A stretch of DNA of 64,000 bases. It comes from an uncultured SAR324 cluster bacterium. Lineage in GTDB: Bacteria; SAR324; NAC60-12. The DNA is taken from positions 722,238 through 786,237 of the forward strand of contig CAJJCY010000003.1 in the NCBI GenBank assembly GCA_905182865.1, read 5' to 3'. Both the position numbers and the translations under genes were made by a program. The notes beneath the pieces were generated by a model, which saw only the letters and a list, made by a program, of their open reading frames with translations, searched no databases and was not told the origin of the DNA. Positions 49,216-59,104 of the stretch are shown in pieces; the stretch's first letter is position 1, and each line of letters opens with the position of its first letter.

Positions 49216-50072
49216 GCAGGAATCTCAAAATCCAGACACTCTAAATCAAGGGTCATTTTGCCGATTTTAGTGACCGAGCCTTTCATAATGATATTATAAT
49301 TATTGCTGATTGTGATGTCAATTTGCCCTCCCGGCATTAAGACCGCGATTTCTGTATCGCACAAGCCCAGCCGATGAGCCACTGATGCAGCCGCACAACT
49401 GCTGCTTCCTGATGCCAAAGTGTAACCTGCACCACGTTCCCAGATTTCGATCCTGATCGTGTTGCGGTTCAGTACTTCCAAAAACTGTACATTTGTACGG
49501 TTTGGAAAGCTCGGATGCGTTTCAATCAAAGGCCCGAGCCGTCTTGTCTCGTCTGCCGATATTTTTCGCTGCAGCACCACACAGTGAGGGTTACCGATGT
49601 TGGCTGAACAAAATGTTAATTTTTCACCGTTTATTTCCAATGTTTCATTCAACACTTCCCGACCTTTTCCCGTGCCCGGAATAATGTTGCTTTGAAAACT
49701 TACAGAGCCCATTTCGACAGTTACGGACTGACCGGAACTGTCTACCTGTGCGCTGACAATACCTCCGGATGTAACGATTTTAAATTTTGACTGATTAACT
49801 AGTTTTCGGTCCCAGAGCGAACGCGCAAAAATTCGTAAACCGTTTCCACTTTTTTCAGCCGTGCTGCCGTCCGGGTTATATATTTTAAGTGTGAAGCAGT
49901 TTCTGGAAACGTCTTTTACTCCCACTAATATACCATCTGAACCAAGTCCAAAGTTGCGGTGGCATATTTTACGAACTAGCTCTGATGTCAGTTCATTCTC
50001 CGAAAAGTCCGGATGTTCACTGGTTGATACCAGGTAATCATTGCCAAGAGCATGATATTTGAGGAATTCCAT
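49212..50072 (-). CDS. Diaminopimelate-epimerase-fold (DapF-like) protein with Ser at both catalytic Cys positions
   Basis: YHALGNDYLV, IGNPHCVV and WERGAGYT fold motifs are present. NPDGSTAEKSGNGLR stands where DapF has ..CGNG.R (Ser75, AGT at 49848-49850). TLASGSSSCAAA stands where DapF has T.ACG.GACAA (Ser221, TCA at 49410-49412). Confidence 0.75.
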   Translation of the reverse strand: MEFLKYHALGNDYLVSTSEHPDFSENELTSELVRKICHRNFGLGSDGILVGVKDVSRNCFTLKIYNPDGSTAEKSGNGLRIFARSLWDRKLVNQSKFKIVTSGGIVSAQVDSSGQSVTVEMGSVSFQSNIIPGTGKGREVLNETLEINGEKLTFCSANIGNPHCVVLQRKISADETRRLGPLIETHPSFPNRTNVQFLEVLNRNTIRIEIWERGAGYTLASGSSSCAAASVAHRLGLCDTEIAVLMPGGQIDITISNNYNIIMKGSVTKIGKMTLDLECLDFEIPA

Positions 50073-50188
50073 TTTTTCAGGTTAAAATAATAACATTTTA
50101 ATAATTTAGGCATTAAATAGTTAAACTATTATGCCCGGAGATTACTTTTTGTAAAACCACATTCTGAATCTAATTTTGCTAACATTTT

Positions 50189-50479
50189 TCAAAAATCAGC
50201 TATTTTCTGAGCGGTTTCTGTCGGAGTAAGCGGTTTGTCTAAAAGCTGGCCGTTACTCAGCCGCAATAAAACTCCTTCTTCAGTCATGTAAACTTGCATA
50301 GGGTCACCGTTTTCATTCAGCATTTCCAAGGCATATGTCGATTTACCATCCAGAAAATCTGGAATCAATCTTACATTTTCCGGGGCGTTGTCGCCTATTT
50401 TTCTCCAAAGTGATTCTACATCCTTGTATTGCTGGTCTAACTGCCGGAGCTTTTTTTGCAAATCCTGGGGCGAAGTCAA
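50189..50479 (-). CDS. Hypothetical 96-aa ORF (TTG start); probably the C-terminal part of the upstream gene
   Basis: Overlaps the stop of ORF 50476..51810 at an A5/T5 run (50481-50485). One extra A would fuse the frames (..ERQTGKNLTSPQDLQKK..). Confidence 0.45.
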   Translation of the reverse strand: MTSPQDLQKKLRQLDQQYKDVESLWRKIGDNAPENVRLIPDFLDGKSTYALEMLNENGDPMQVYMTEEGVLLRLSNGQLLDKPLTPTETAQKIADF

Positions 50480-51810
50480 ATTTTTCCAGTTTGCCTTTCC
50501 AAAAGAGAGAACAATGATTTTGCTTCAGAAAAAACAAATACTGTATTTTTACCTATTTCCAGAAGGATATTATTCGCAATATTTTCCAAAATTTCTGGTG
50601 ATGCAGTGATCATTTTTTTCAGTCGCTCACTGGATTCTTGAACGGGGATGTTAGAACCAAATGACTGCATCATATCTTCCAAATCAAACTCAGATAATTT
50701 ATTTGCAGTAGAACTCTTTGCAGTCAAAGTTTTATTTTTTGGCACAAATTTTAAATGTTTCATTAAACTTTTCCCCGGTGGCTGTCCCTGATTCTGGAAA
50801 AAAAATATTAAAAAGGTGCCCAGGAAAATAAACAATATAATCAGAATAATTTTCCGTAAAAATTTTCCTGAAGATTTATTTTCTTTTTTACTCCCAGCGG
50901 CAGATCTTTCCCTTTGTTTAAAAGAGTGTTTGGTTTTTTCGAGCATTTTCGCAGTAATTATTGGCTCAGGGAAGTATGGTTGTAACTCCTGCATTAGTTG
51001 ATCATTTCGTTCCTGAACCAGTTTTACTCTTTTAATTAACTCAAAACCGTGTGTTTTGAGGTAGATTTTCCGAAGCTCTTCCACAAGAAATTTTACACCA
51101 GGATGGGTAGCTTCTTTAATTTCTTCCCGATCTTGCTTTGTTCCATTCCTAAATCGTTGGCATTGATGAAGGACTTCTACTTCAAGTGCTTTTGAACCTA
51201 CACGCAACGCATGCCAGCGGTCCCGTGGAAACATAGGCGGCGAAACCGGCGGTGTTATATTTTCTTCATTTGAACTATTATTTGCAGGGTCTACAGATAG
51301 TGTATTTGCAGATTTATGCTTACTTTTACGTACCTGACTCTTTTCCATTTGGAATATTTGCCAGTCTTTTTTGTAATTTGACCATGCCTGCTTAAACTCA
51401 TCCCAATTATTGCGTAACTCTTTATTATGCTTAATTAATTTATTAAAAAGTGGTGCAATATCTGGAAATGAAAGTGGATCTTTTTTGCGGACGAGAATTG
51501 ACAATTTCCGCATCTTTTCCATTTGCCTCTCCAGTAGCACGGACTCTTTGTCGATATGATTCCATTCAGTATTTGTCAATGGGCGTTTCCAATGTTCAAC
51601 AACTGGAAAAATAAGCAATTCCATTCTGATTGTATCTACACAAATTCGATTCAGATCGATCGATGTGGTACTTGGGACATGTGTTTGAGTTTGCTGTTGC
51701 AATGCATGCCAGGCTTGCTTTGTTTTGGTGGATTTGTGATCCGGATTTGTGAGGAGTATAAAATCCTCAAAATGGTCACCTGAGATGGGAGTAATGTCTG
51801 ATTTGGTCAT
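50476..51810 (-). CDS. Hypothetical bitopic membrane protein, 444 aa
   Basis: Helical, charged N-terminal region of about 320 aa. Single TM segment FLRKIILIILFIFLGTFLIFFF. No family recognised. Confidence 0.6.
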   Translation of the reverse strand: MTKSDITPISGDHFEDFILLTNPDHKSTKTKQAWHALQQQTQTHVPSTTSIDLNRICVDTIRMELLIFPVVEHWKRPLTNTEWNHIDKESVLLERQMEKMRKLSILVRKKDPLSFPDIAPLFNKLIKHNKELRNNWDEFKQAWSNYKKDWQIFQMEKSQVRKSKHKSANTLSVDPANNSSNEENITPPVSPPMFPRDRWHALRVGSKALEVEVLHQCQRFRNGTKQDREEIKEATHPGVKFLVEELRKIYLKTHGFELIKRVKLVQERNDQLMQELQPYFPEPIITAKMLEKTKHSFKQRERSAAGSKKENKSSGKFLRKIILIILFIFLGTFLIFFFQNQGQPPGKSLMKHLKFVPKNKTLTAKSSTANKLSEFDLEDMMQSFGSNIPVQESSERLKKMITASPEILENIANNILLEIGKNTVFVFSEAKSLFSLLERQTGKI

Positions 51811-52083
51811 GTTTTTTATATAGACGAAATTTGTTCCAACGAATATAATGTGTTTAGCATTGCAAAACTCGTACTTTAGTGTAATCCACTATCAAAACCG
51901 TGGTCGATCAGGCAATAAGTTATGTTTGACTTACAAATTAAATTACAGTAGAATATCCTAATCAGTACCAATTTGGTGCTGTTTCTCTAATTACTTAGTT
52001 GAATCATGCCGTTACTTGAATATTGCACTTTGAATCACTATGCATTCATATTTAATTTTCAAATTATTTAAAAGGGTTAGGTT

Positions 52084-52800
52084 ATGAAATTTAAAGTTGT
52101 TTCTCCAAATGTAGAAAGTTCAGGGAATTCCGAAACTGATCAGCAGGCTCAGATTGAGCAAATGCTTTCGGGCAGTCCTGTATTTTTATTTATGAAGGGT
52201 ACGCCCGAATCACCTCAATGCGGATTTTCTTCCAAAGTAGCAGAAATTTTAAAGGCTTGGGAAGTCCCTTATCAGTCATTTAATGTACTTTCTGACGAAA
52301 ATATTCGGCAGGGAGTCAAGGACTTTGCAAACTGGCAGACCATCCCCCAACTTTACATCAACAAAGAATTTGTCGGTGGATCAGATGTAGTTGAAGAAAT
52401 GTCTAATAACGGTGAGCTGGGTGATTTGTTGAAAGAAGCGTTTCCTGGACGAGACATCACACCACCCCCTCCTCCGGTAGAAGTACAGGAAGTAGCAGCC
52501 ATTGAAGCTGCTTCAATTCTGAAAGAAAATTCTGAAATTCGTCTTTTGGATGTGCGCACGCAGCATGAGCGGGAGACTGCATCTCTGGATAATTCTGTGT
52601 TGCTGGATCAGGAATTAGTGGAGGAAATCCTTGGTTCGTGGGATCAAAACACACCACTGATGTTTTTTTGCCACATGGGAGAACGCAGCAGACAAGCATC
52701 TCAATATTTTACCTCACAGGGTTTTCAACAGGTGTACAACATCTCTGACGGAATAAAGGGCTGGTCAAGCAATGTGGACTCCTCAATTCCTCAATACTAG
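52084..52800 (+). CDS. Monothiol (CGFS) glutaredoxin fused to a C-terminal rhodanese domain
   Basis: Grx4-type PVFLFMKGTPESPQCGFS...WQTIPQLYINKEFVGGSDVV. A Pro-rich linker (PPPPP) follows, then rhodanese RLLDVRTQHE...FFCHMGERSRQAS...GIKGW. Confidence 0.85.
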   Translation: MKFKVVSPNVESSGNSETDQQAQIEQMLSGSPVFLFMKGTPESPQCGFSSKVAEILKAWEVPYQSFNVLSDENIRQGVKDFANWQTIPQLYINKEFVGGSDVVEEMSNNGELGDLLKEAFPGRDITPPPPPVEVQEVAAIEAASILKENSEIRLLDVRTQHERETASLDNSVLLDQELVEEILGSWDQNTPLMFFCHMGERSRQASQYFTSQGFQQVYNISDGIKGWSSNVDSSIPQY

Positions 52801-52836
52801 GATTCATAATTTTTTTACTTAGAAAGCTCCAGGGTT

Positions 52837-53226
52837 ATGAAAACAGAAAAATCACTTCCATCAGTCGTTCTAACAGAGCGTGCTTCACAAGTTTTTAAAG
52901 AATCTTGTGAAGCAGAAGGCTCAACTTTAAAGGATACCTTTTTACGCATTGGAGCACGTCCGGGTGGGTGTTCCGGATGGAAATATGAGCTTGAATCAAA
53001 TACCTCGGAAGATATTGGGCCAAATGATGTGCAAATTCTGTCAAGAGAAGTTTCTGTAATTGTAGACAGGGAAGCACTAACTGAAATCTTAGGGCCACTA
53101 AAGATTGATTTTTCAGACAAAAATATGGTTGAACAGGGGTTCGTCTTTGAACAACTGACAACCGGACACCAGTGCGGATGCGGAGAATCTTTCACTCCCG
53201 TAAAAGATTTGAATACCGTAAAATAA
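52837..53226 (+). CDS. erpA: IscA/ErpA (HesB)-family iron-sulfur cluster insertion protein
   Basis: LRIGARPGGCSGWKY and C-terminal CGCGESF. Confidence 0.85.
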   Translation: MKTEKSLPSVVLTERASQVFKESCEAEGSTLKDTFLRIGARPGGCSGWKYELESNTSEDIGPNDVQILSREVSVIVDREALTEILGPLKIDFSDKNMVEQGFVFEQLTTGHQCGCGESFTPVKDLNTVK

Positions 53227-53227
53227 A

Positions 53228-53854
53228 ATGTTTCAGTTTCTTGAATGGCTGGCTGGGGCAACCTGCTTCGGGCTGTTTATTTACAAGTGGATTATCATTG
53301 CAGCAGTGGTAATGACCTGGGTCAGCGCTGATCCGCATAATCAGATTGTTCGGTGGATCGGACGTGTAACTCGTCCATTATGGGTCTGGTGTGAACAACG
53401 AATGCCGGTGATGATGGCACATTTCAGTGCCTATGCCTCAATTCTTGTTGTTATCTTTGCCCAGATTGTATTACCGGCTGAAATACGCTCACTGAATTTG
53501 TTTTTTCAGGGGCAGACGGATTTTGCTGGTTTAGTGCTTCAGAGTGGAGGGCACTTGCTGCAGGGTATCAGTATTGTAGTTCAAAGCCTTTTGTTTTTTT
53601 GCATATTCGTATTGATTGCCTGGTTTGTACTGACTTTGGTAAATCCGTCTTTAAGTAATCCGTTGGTACGCATCATCCACGTACTTGCCGATCCTCTGAT
53701 TACTCCTGTTCAAAGTTATCTTCCAAGAACCAGTACCGATTGGTCACCATTGGTTAGTGTACTGTTATTTTATCTAATCAGTTCAAGCATAATTTCACCA
53801 ATAGGATTTTACGGAAGCACGCTTTCAAATCCGGTTTCTATCTGCATTTATTAG
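53228..53854 (+). CDS. YggT-family membrane protein (two YGGT repeats)
   Basis: IIIAAVVMTWVS..PHNQIV..I..VT.PLW in the first repeat and LTLVNPSLSNPLVRIIHVLADPLITPVQ in the second. Starts 1 nt after the erpA stop. Confidence 0.7.
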   Translation: MFQFLEWLAGATCFGLFIYKWIIIAAVVMTWVSADPHNQIVRWIGRVTRPLWVWCEQRMPVMMAHFSAYASILVVIFAQIVLPAEIRSLNLFFQGQTDFAGLVLQSGGHLLQGISIVVQSLLFFCIFVLIAWFVLTLVNPSLSNPLVRIIHVLADPLITPVQSYLPRTSTDWSPLVSVLLFYLISSSIISPIGFYGSTLSNPVSICIY

Positions 53855-54013
53855 ATGATACTTTTAACAATACATATAGTCGCCATTGGAGCCGTAATTG
53901 GTGTAACTGCAAACTTTGCTTATTCTATGGGTAAAAAAGAAGGTCTCCGGGTCACTCGCAAAGAGCACGAGGATAAGGAACTAAAAAAAGAAGTATCAAA
54001 AATCGAATCCTAA
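53855..54013 (+). CDS. Candidate 52-aa membrane mini-protein (MILLTIHIVAIGAVIGVTANFAYSMGKKEG...)
   Basis: ATG immediately follows the yggT TAG (TAGATG). One TM helix plus a Lys/Glu-rich tail. TAA at 54011-54013. Below the track cutoff. Confidence 0.4.
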   Translation: MILLTIHIVAIGAVIGVTANFAYSMGKKEGLRVTRKEHEDKELKKEVSKIES

Positions 54014-54024
54014 TAGAATTTATA

Positions 54025-55320
54025 TCAGAGTTTTTTTGCAGCTTGTTGTTTTTTCAAACGCACTTTAATTGCTTCAGCATGGGCAAACAATTGTTCTTCC
54101 TCTGCAAAACGAATTATTTGCTCTCCCTGACGCTCAAGACGCTCAGGAGAATAGCTGATGACAGAACTGGTTTTTACAAAGTCCTGTACTCCAAGTGGTG
54201 ATGAAAATTTTGCACTACCAGAAGTGGGCAAGGTGTGATTTGGGCCAGCAAAATAATCTCCGACTGGTTCGGGAGAATTTGGTCCAAGAAATATTGCTCC
54301 TGCATTGCGAATACGGTGCAAATCTTCAAAAGGTTGTTTTGTCAAAACTTCCAAATGTTCCGGGGCAAGCTCATTAATCACTTCAAAAATTTCTTCTAAA
54401 TCTTCTGCCACAATTATTGCCGAGCGGTTTGCAAAAGATGCTTCTATGATTTCACGGCGCGGAAGTGTAGGTACCAAATTTTTAAGAAGTTTAGATACAT
54501 CTTTTGCCTGTTTTGCTGATGTTGTAACGAGAATCGCTCCAGCATCAGGATCGTGTTCGGCCTGGGACAGCATGTCCCAGGCAATGTATTCAACGGGAAT
54601 ATCGTCACGGTCACAAACTACCATAATTTCACTTGGTCCAGCAAATGAGTCTATACCGACAGTTCCGAAAACCTGTCGTTTTGCTTCTGTAACATACGCA
54701 TTTCCCGGTCCGGTAATTTTGACAACTTTCTGAATCGATTCTGTACCATAGGCCAATGCTCCAATAGATTGTGCACCGCCTACTGAATAAAGTTCTTCGA
54801 GACCCATCAATGCTGCACTTGCCATCACTAATTGGTGTGGATGTCCGGAAGGTCCAGGTGGAGACACCATTGCAATTCGGGGTACTCCTGCAACCTGGGC
54901 TGGGATCACGTTCATAAGCAAAGTTGAAGGATAAACTGCACGACCTCCGGGGATATAAATTCCGACACTATCCACTGGTGTGACTTTCCAACCCAGCACT
55001 GTGCCGTCTGGACTGAAATCCAGTTGGCTTCCTGTTTTTTGACGCTCGTGAAAAAACATGATATTGTCTGCAGCTTCTTCCAAAATGTGAAAAAGCTCGT
55101 GATCCAGGTTTTCGAGCGCTTCTGTCAGTAAAGGTTTTGGTACTAGCCACGATTCAGGAGTCACGTTATCGAACCGTTCAGTATATTCACGCAAAGCCGA
55201 ATCCCCTTTTTCCCTGACGGTTTCCAATATTTCCTGAACTGTAACGGAAACGTCTTTATGTTCTTTAGCATTAAAGGATTTTGAAAAGAGATCAAATCCT
55301 TCAAATATTTTAACCTGCAT
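54025..55320 (-). CDS. hisD: Histidinol dehydrogenase
   Basis: 431 aa with GGRAVYPSTLLMN, SQAEHDPDA, GPNHTLPTSGSAKF and SSPLGVQDFVK. Confidence 0.95.
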   Translation of the reverse strand: MQVKIFEGFDLFSKSFNAKEHKDVSVTVQEILETVREKGDSALREYTERFDNVTPESWLVPKPLLTEALENLDHELFHILEEAADNIMFFHERQKTGSQLDFSPDGTVLGWKVTPVDSVGIYIPGGRAVYPSTLLMNVIPAQVAGVPRIAMVSPPGPSGHPHQLVMASAALMGLEELYSVGGAQSIGALAYGTESIQKVVKITGPGNAYVTEAKRQVFGTVGIDSFAGPSEIMVVCDRDDIPVEYIAWDMLSQAEHDPDAGAILVTTSAKQAKDVSKLLKNLVPTLPRREIIEASFANRSAIIVAEDLEEIFEVINELAPEHLEVLTKQPFEDLHRIRNAGAIFLGPNSPEPVGDYFAGPNHTLPTSGSAKFSSPLGVQDFVKTSSVISYSPERLERQGEQIIRFAEEEQLFAHAEAIKVRLKKQQAAKKL

Positions 55321-55425
55321 TTTTTCTCTGTAGTAAGTTCAATTTTGTGACGGCTCGTTTTCTGTATATATCACGGAAAGAAACAATTTTAATTCAGAAA
55401 CAGCACTTGATTTATGTCGTTCTAT

Positions 55426-58400
55426 TTAGGCAATTAAGCTCTCTGCTTCTTTAAATTCAACGGAGACAGTTTTGGAAATCCCCGGCTCTTCCATTGTAAC
55501 ACCATACAAAAGGTCTCCAATTTCCATAGTTTTTTTATTGTGTGTGATAATTATGAACTGAGAATCGTATGATAAACCTGTAATAAGATTGTTAAAGCGC
55601 ACTACATTTACATCATCCAAAGGTGCGTCAACTTCATCCAATAAACAGAATGGACTTGGTTTAACCAAAAAAATTGCAAATATCAGTGAAATGGCAGTCA
55701 GGGCTTTTTCTCCTCCGGAGAGCAAATTAATGTTTTGTAATTTTTTACCGGGAGGTTGCGCCACTATATCAACTCCTGCATTCAATAAATCTTCAGATTC
55801 TGTCAGTACTAGCTTAGCTTCACCTCCTTCAAACAAAGAACTGAAAACATTCATGAAATTTTCATTTACTCGATCAAACATTTCTCTAAATCGTCGTCGT
55901 GACTCATTGTTTATATCTTTGATGGTTTCTTTCAAATCATCTACTGCTTTTTGCAAATCTTCGTCATTGATTACTATCTTCAATCCTCTCTGTTAGTGCT
56001 ACATATTCTTCAGGAGCAGCAAGATTTACTGCCCCCATTGCATTCAAACTTTCATTTAATGAACGTAATTCTCGACCCATTTTTTTATGATCGGAAGCCT
56101 CAACATCCATTTCTGAAAGGATAGCTTCAGGAGTGTGCTCGGTAATTTTTCGCAATTGATCTTCAAGCTGTTCCCTTTGTAGTCTGAATTCAGTCAACCT
56201 GATTGATTCCTGATGTGAAACACTCACTGAATTTTCAAGATGACCCTGACGTTCCTGCAATTTTTGAGAGAGCAGAGTCTGCTCTTCATTTTTCTGTTCG
56301 TGTAGTTGAATATCTTCTTCCAACTCCTGCTTCATGCTAGTACGATTTTCGAGCATTTCTTCAAAAGAACCATCAATTTCAGCAATTCGGTTACGGCTTT
56401 GTTCGAGTCTCAGTTCACCCTCATTAAGTGCAGTTTTGAGCTGTTCAAGTCGCAGAGATGTTTCTTCATATTCTTTGTTCAAGCGGCTTTCTTTTTCCTC
56501 TGTGTTTTTTTGTTGCTCAGTTGTCTCAGTCAAAGAAACTCGATGGGCAAGCAGTTCCTCAGCAATTGCATCGTTACGACTTTGCTGTAGTTGTATGCGT
56601 TCCTGCAGTTGATTTGTTTTATCTTCCAGTTCAGCACGTTCTTTTTCCAGAGAAATAATAGTTTCTGCTGCAGTATTTTCTTTCAATCGCGAAGAGTCCA
56701 TCTCCTCAAATATGCCCTCAGAATCTTTAGAAAGTTGTGAAACTGTCTGCTGCATTCGGCGTTCCTCAAGCTGTTGGTGCTCTAGTTCCTTGTTACCGCT
56801 CAGCAGGGCAAATTCCAATTTTCGTGATTCTTCTTCTCGAGTCTCCTGTTCCTCTTTCAAAAATTCATGTCTTTCCCTGAGAGTTAGTAGTTCACTCTCA
56901 AATTCATTTATCTTTTTTTGCAAATCATCAACATATGTTTCTACATCAATGATTTGCTGCTGACGCTGCAAAAAACCCAGTGATCCGGATTGTACTTTTC
57001 CCATGCTGGCAGAAGAATTTGAAAGACAAATTCCGGATGAGGAGAGCCACTCTTCAGGAGAGTCCGGCCACTTTTTATCAGCTTCATTCCAAAAATAATT
57101 TTCATCTTTCAGCAGTGCAAATCGTGAAAAAAACTTTTCTCCCCACTCTTGTAATGGTTCCTTAAACTTTAGAAATTCTGGAAGAGGAATACCTTTGGTT
57201 CCTGCCGATTTTGGAACAGATGCAGGACGATCTAAAGCTACAAACCCGAGTTGCCCCAATTCGTGTTCAGTACAAAATATTTCTATTTGTGGAAGCATTT
57301 CTGCCCGTTCAATAACCACCCAGTCCAGCACTTCAGCCATTACAGGAGATACAATATCTAATGTATCCGCAGGTACAGTAATAAAATCAGCAAGCAGCCC
57401 CGACACTCCCAGTTGCTTCTTAGTTACCGGATTATCCTGCATCAACTGCATGAAAATTTTTACACTGTCACTAAATCCTTCATAGTGAGTTTGGATTTGC
57501 TGCAGGGACTCAATACGAGATTCTGCAGTGCTTTGCTGATAACGCAGATCCTCAAGTTTTTTCTCCTCTCCAATTAGTTTTAAGTGCTGATCTTCTATGC
57601 TACTTTCAAGTTCAGCCAATTTTCCTGAAAATTTTTCTTTCTGCAAGCGCATGGTCACCATTTGTTCTTCTCTATCTGAAACCTGGAGAGTTACTTCCTG
57701 AAGCAGATTTTTGTGAGATAGTTGCTGGTCTTGAAGACGTTGTTGTCGTTCTGTAAGGTTTTCCAGGCGTTCATCCAGGAAATTCTTCTGATTAGTTTGG
57801 TTAGTTAATCCAGTGTGTACAGTTAACAGTCGTTTTTGAAGTACAGAAGTTTCTTCGGCAGATTTTTGTAGAGTTTCGTTTTCTTCAGCACGCTTCTCTT
57901 CAATAATAACAAGTTTTGCCTGCATTTCTCCCAAACGCTCAGCCAGTTCCATGCTGCGGTTATTTGTATCTGCTCTTTCTTTTTCACGTTCGGTTAAGCT
58001 TTGTTTCAACTCTTCGAGCTCTTTTTCCTGACCCTGCCTTTGTTCACTGACATTTTGTAAATTTTGTTTTTCCAGTTCACGTTGATTTTCAGCTTCCTGT
58101 ATATTTTGCTCTGTTTTAAACAGTTGTTCGCGCCGCTCTCCAACCTGTGTACCCAATTGTGTTTGCTCTAACTTAAGCCGTTCTAAATCTGTTTCATCAA
58201 CTGACTTTTCACTTTGCAGATCCTGCTGCTGTTGCTGATGTACCTGCACGAGTTCTTGTACTTTTTGTTCGTTGAGACCTGCTTGATGCCAACTTAAACA
58301 AAGATGCTGACGCTCCAGCAGACCGCTCTGTTCCTGTAGATCTAAATATTTTTCTGCCCGTTTGACATGTTCCCGCAACCCGTCTTCCTGTTCCGAAAGC

Positions 58401-59003
58401 GCTCCAAGCACGTCGTTCACCCGAAGCAGATTTTGTGTTGTTTCATCTAGCCGTTTTTCAGCATTTTCACGTTTGAAGCGAAACTTGACTATTCCTGCAG
58501 CATCATCAATCAAGATGCGTCGATCAATAGGTTTGGCGCTGACAATTTCCTCTACGCGCCCCTGTTCAACAATTGAGTATCCAGTTCCGCCAATTCCTGT
58601 GTCCATAAACAATTCCCGCACATCTTTCAAACGGACTGGTATTTTGTTGATCATGTAAATACTTTCACCTGAACGGTAAAGGCGGCGGGTCACCGCAATT
58701 TCTGTGTAATCTGCAAATTTTTGAAGTGTGTCTCCTTTGGGGTTGGAAAAAGTCAGTGAGACTTCAGCCATTCCGGAAGGCTTGTGAAAGGAACTTCCAG
58801 AAAAAATAACATCCTCCATTCCAGAGCCTCTCATACTTTTTGCAGATGTTTCACCAGAAGCCCGAGCCGATGAGCCGCGAGGCAGTGGATTTTCCGCAGC
58901 CATTTGGACCCACTATAATTGTAATCCCGTTTTGTTTAACCTGCAGATTGACAGGATGACAAAATGATTTGAATCCTGAAACTCTTATTTTTTTGATACG
59001 CAC
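55426..59003 (-). pseudogene. smc: Chromosome partition protein SMC, split into three frames
   Basis: GTG at 59003 gives VRIKKIRVSGFKSF...IIVGPNGCGKS (Walker A), then a frame change at about 58870-58890. The 979-aa ORF 55964..58903 holds the coiled coils and hinge. A second frame change occurs at about 55975-55985. ORF 55426..55983 carries LSGGEKALTAISL and LLDEVDAPLD. Confidence 0.9.
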
Positions 59004-59104
59004 AAATTATTTCTATTTTTTTCAGCTATTTTACAAACAATACACTTCAAATTAAAATTACTTCTCTCAGAATAAGAGCTAAATGCATTTTATTTATCAG
59101 GCAT

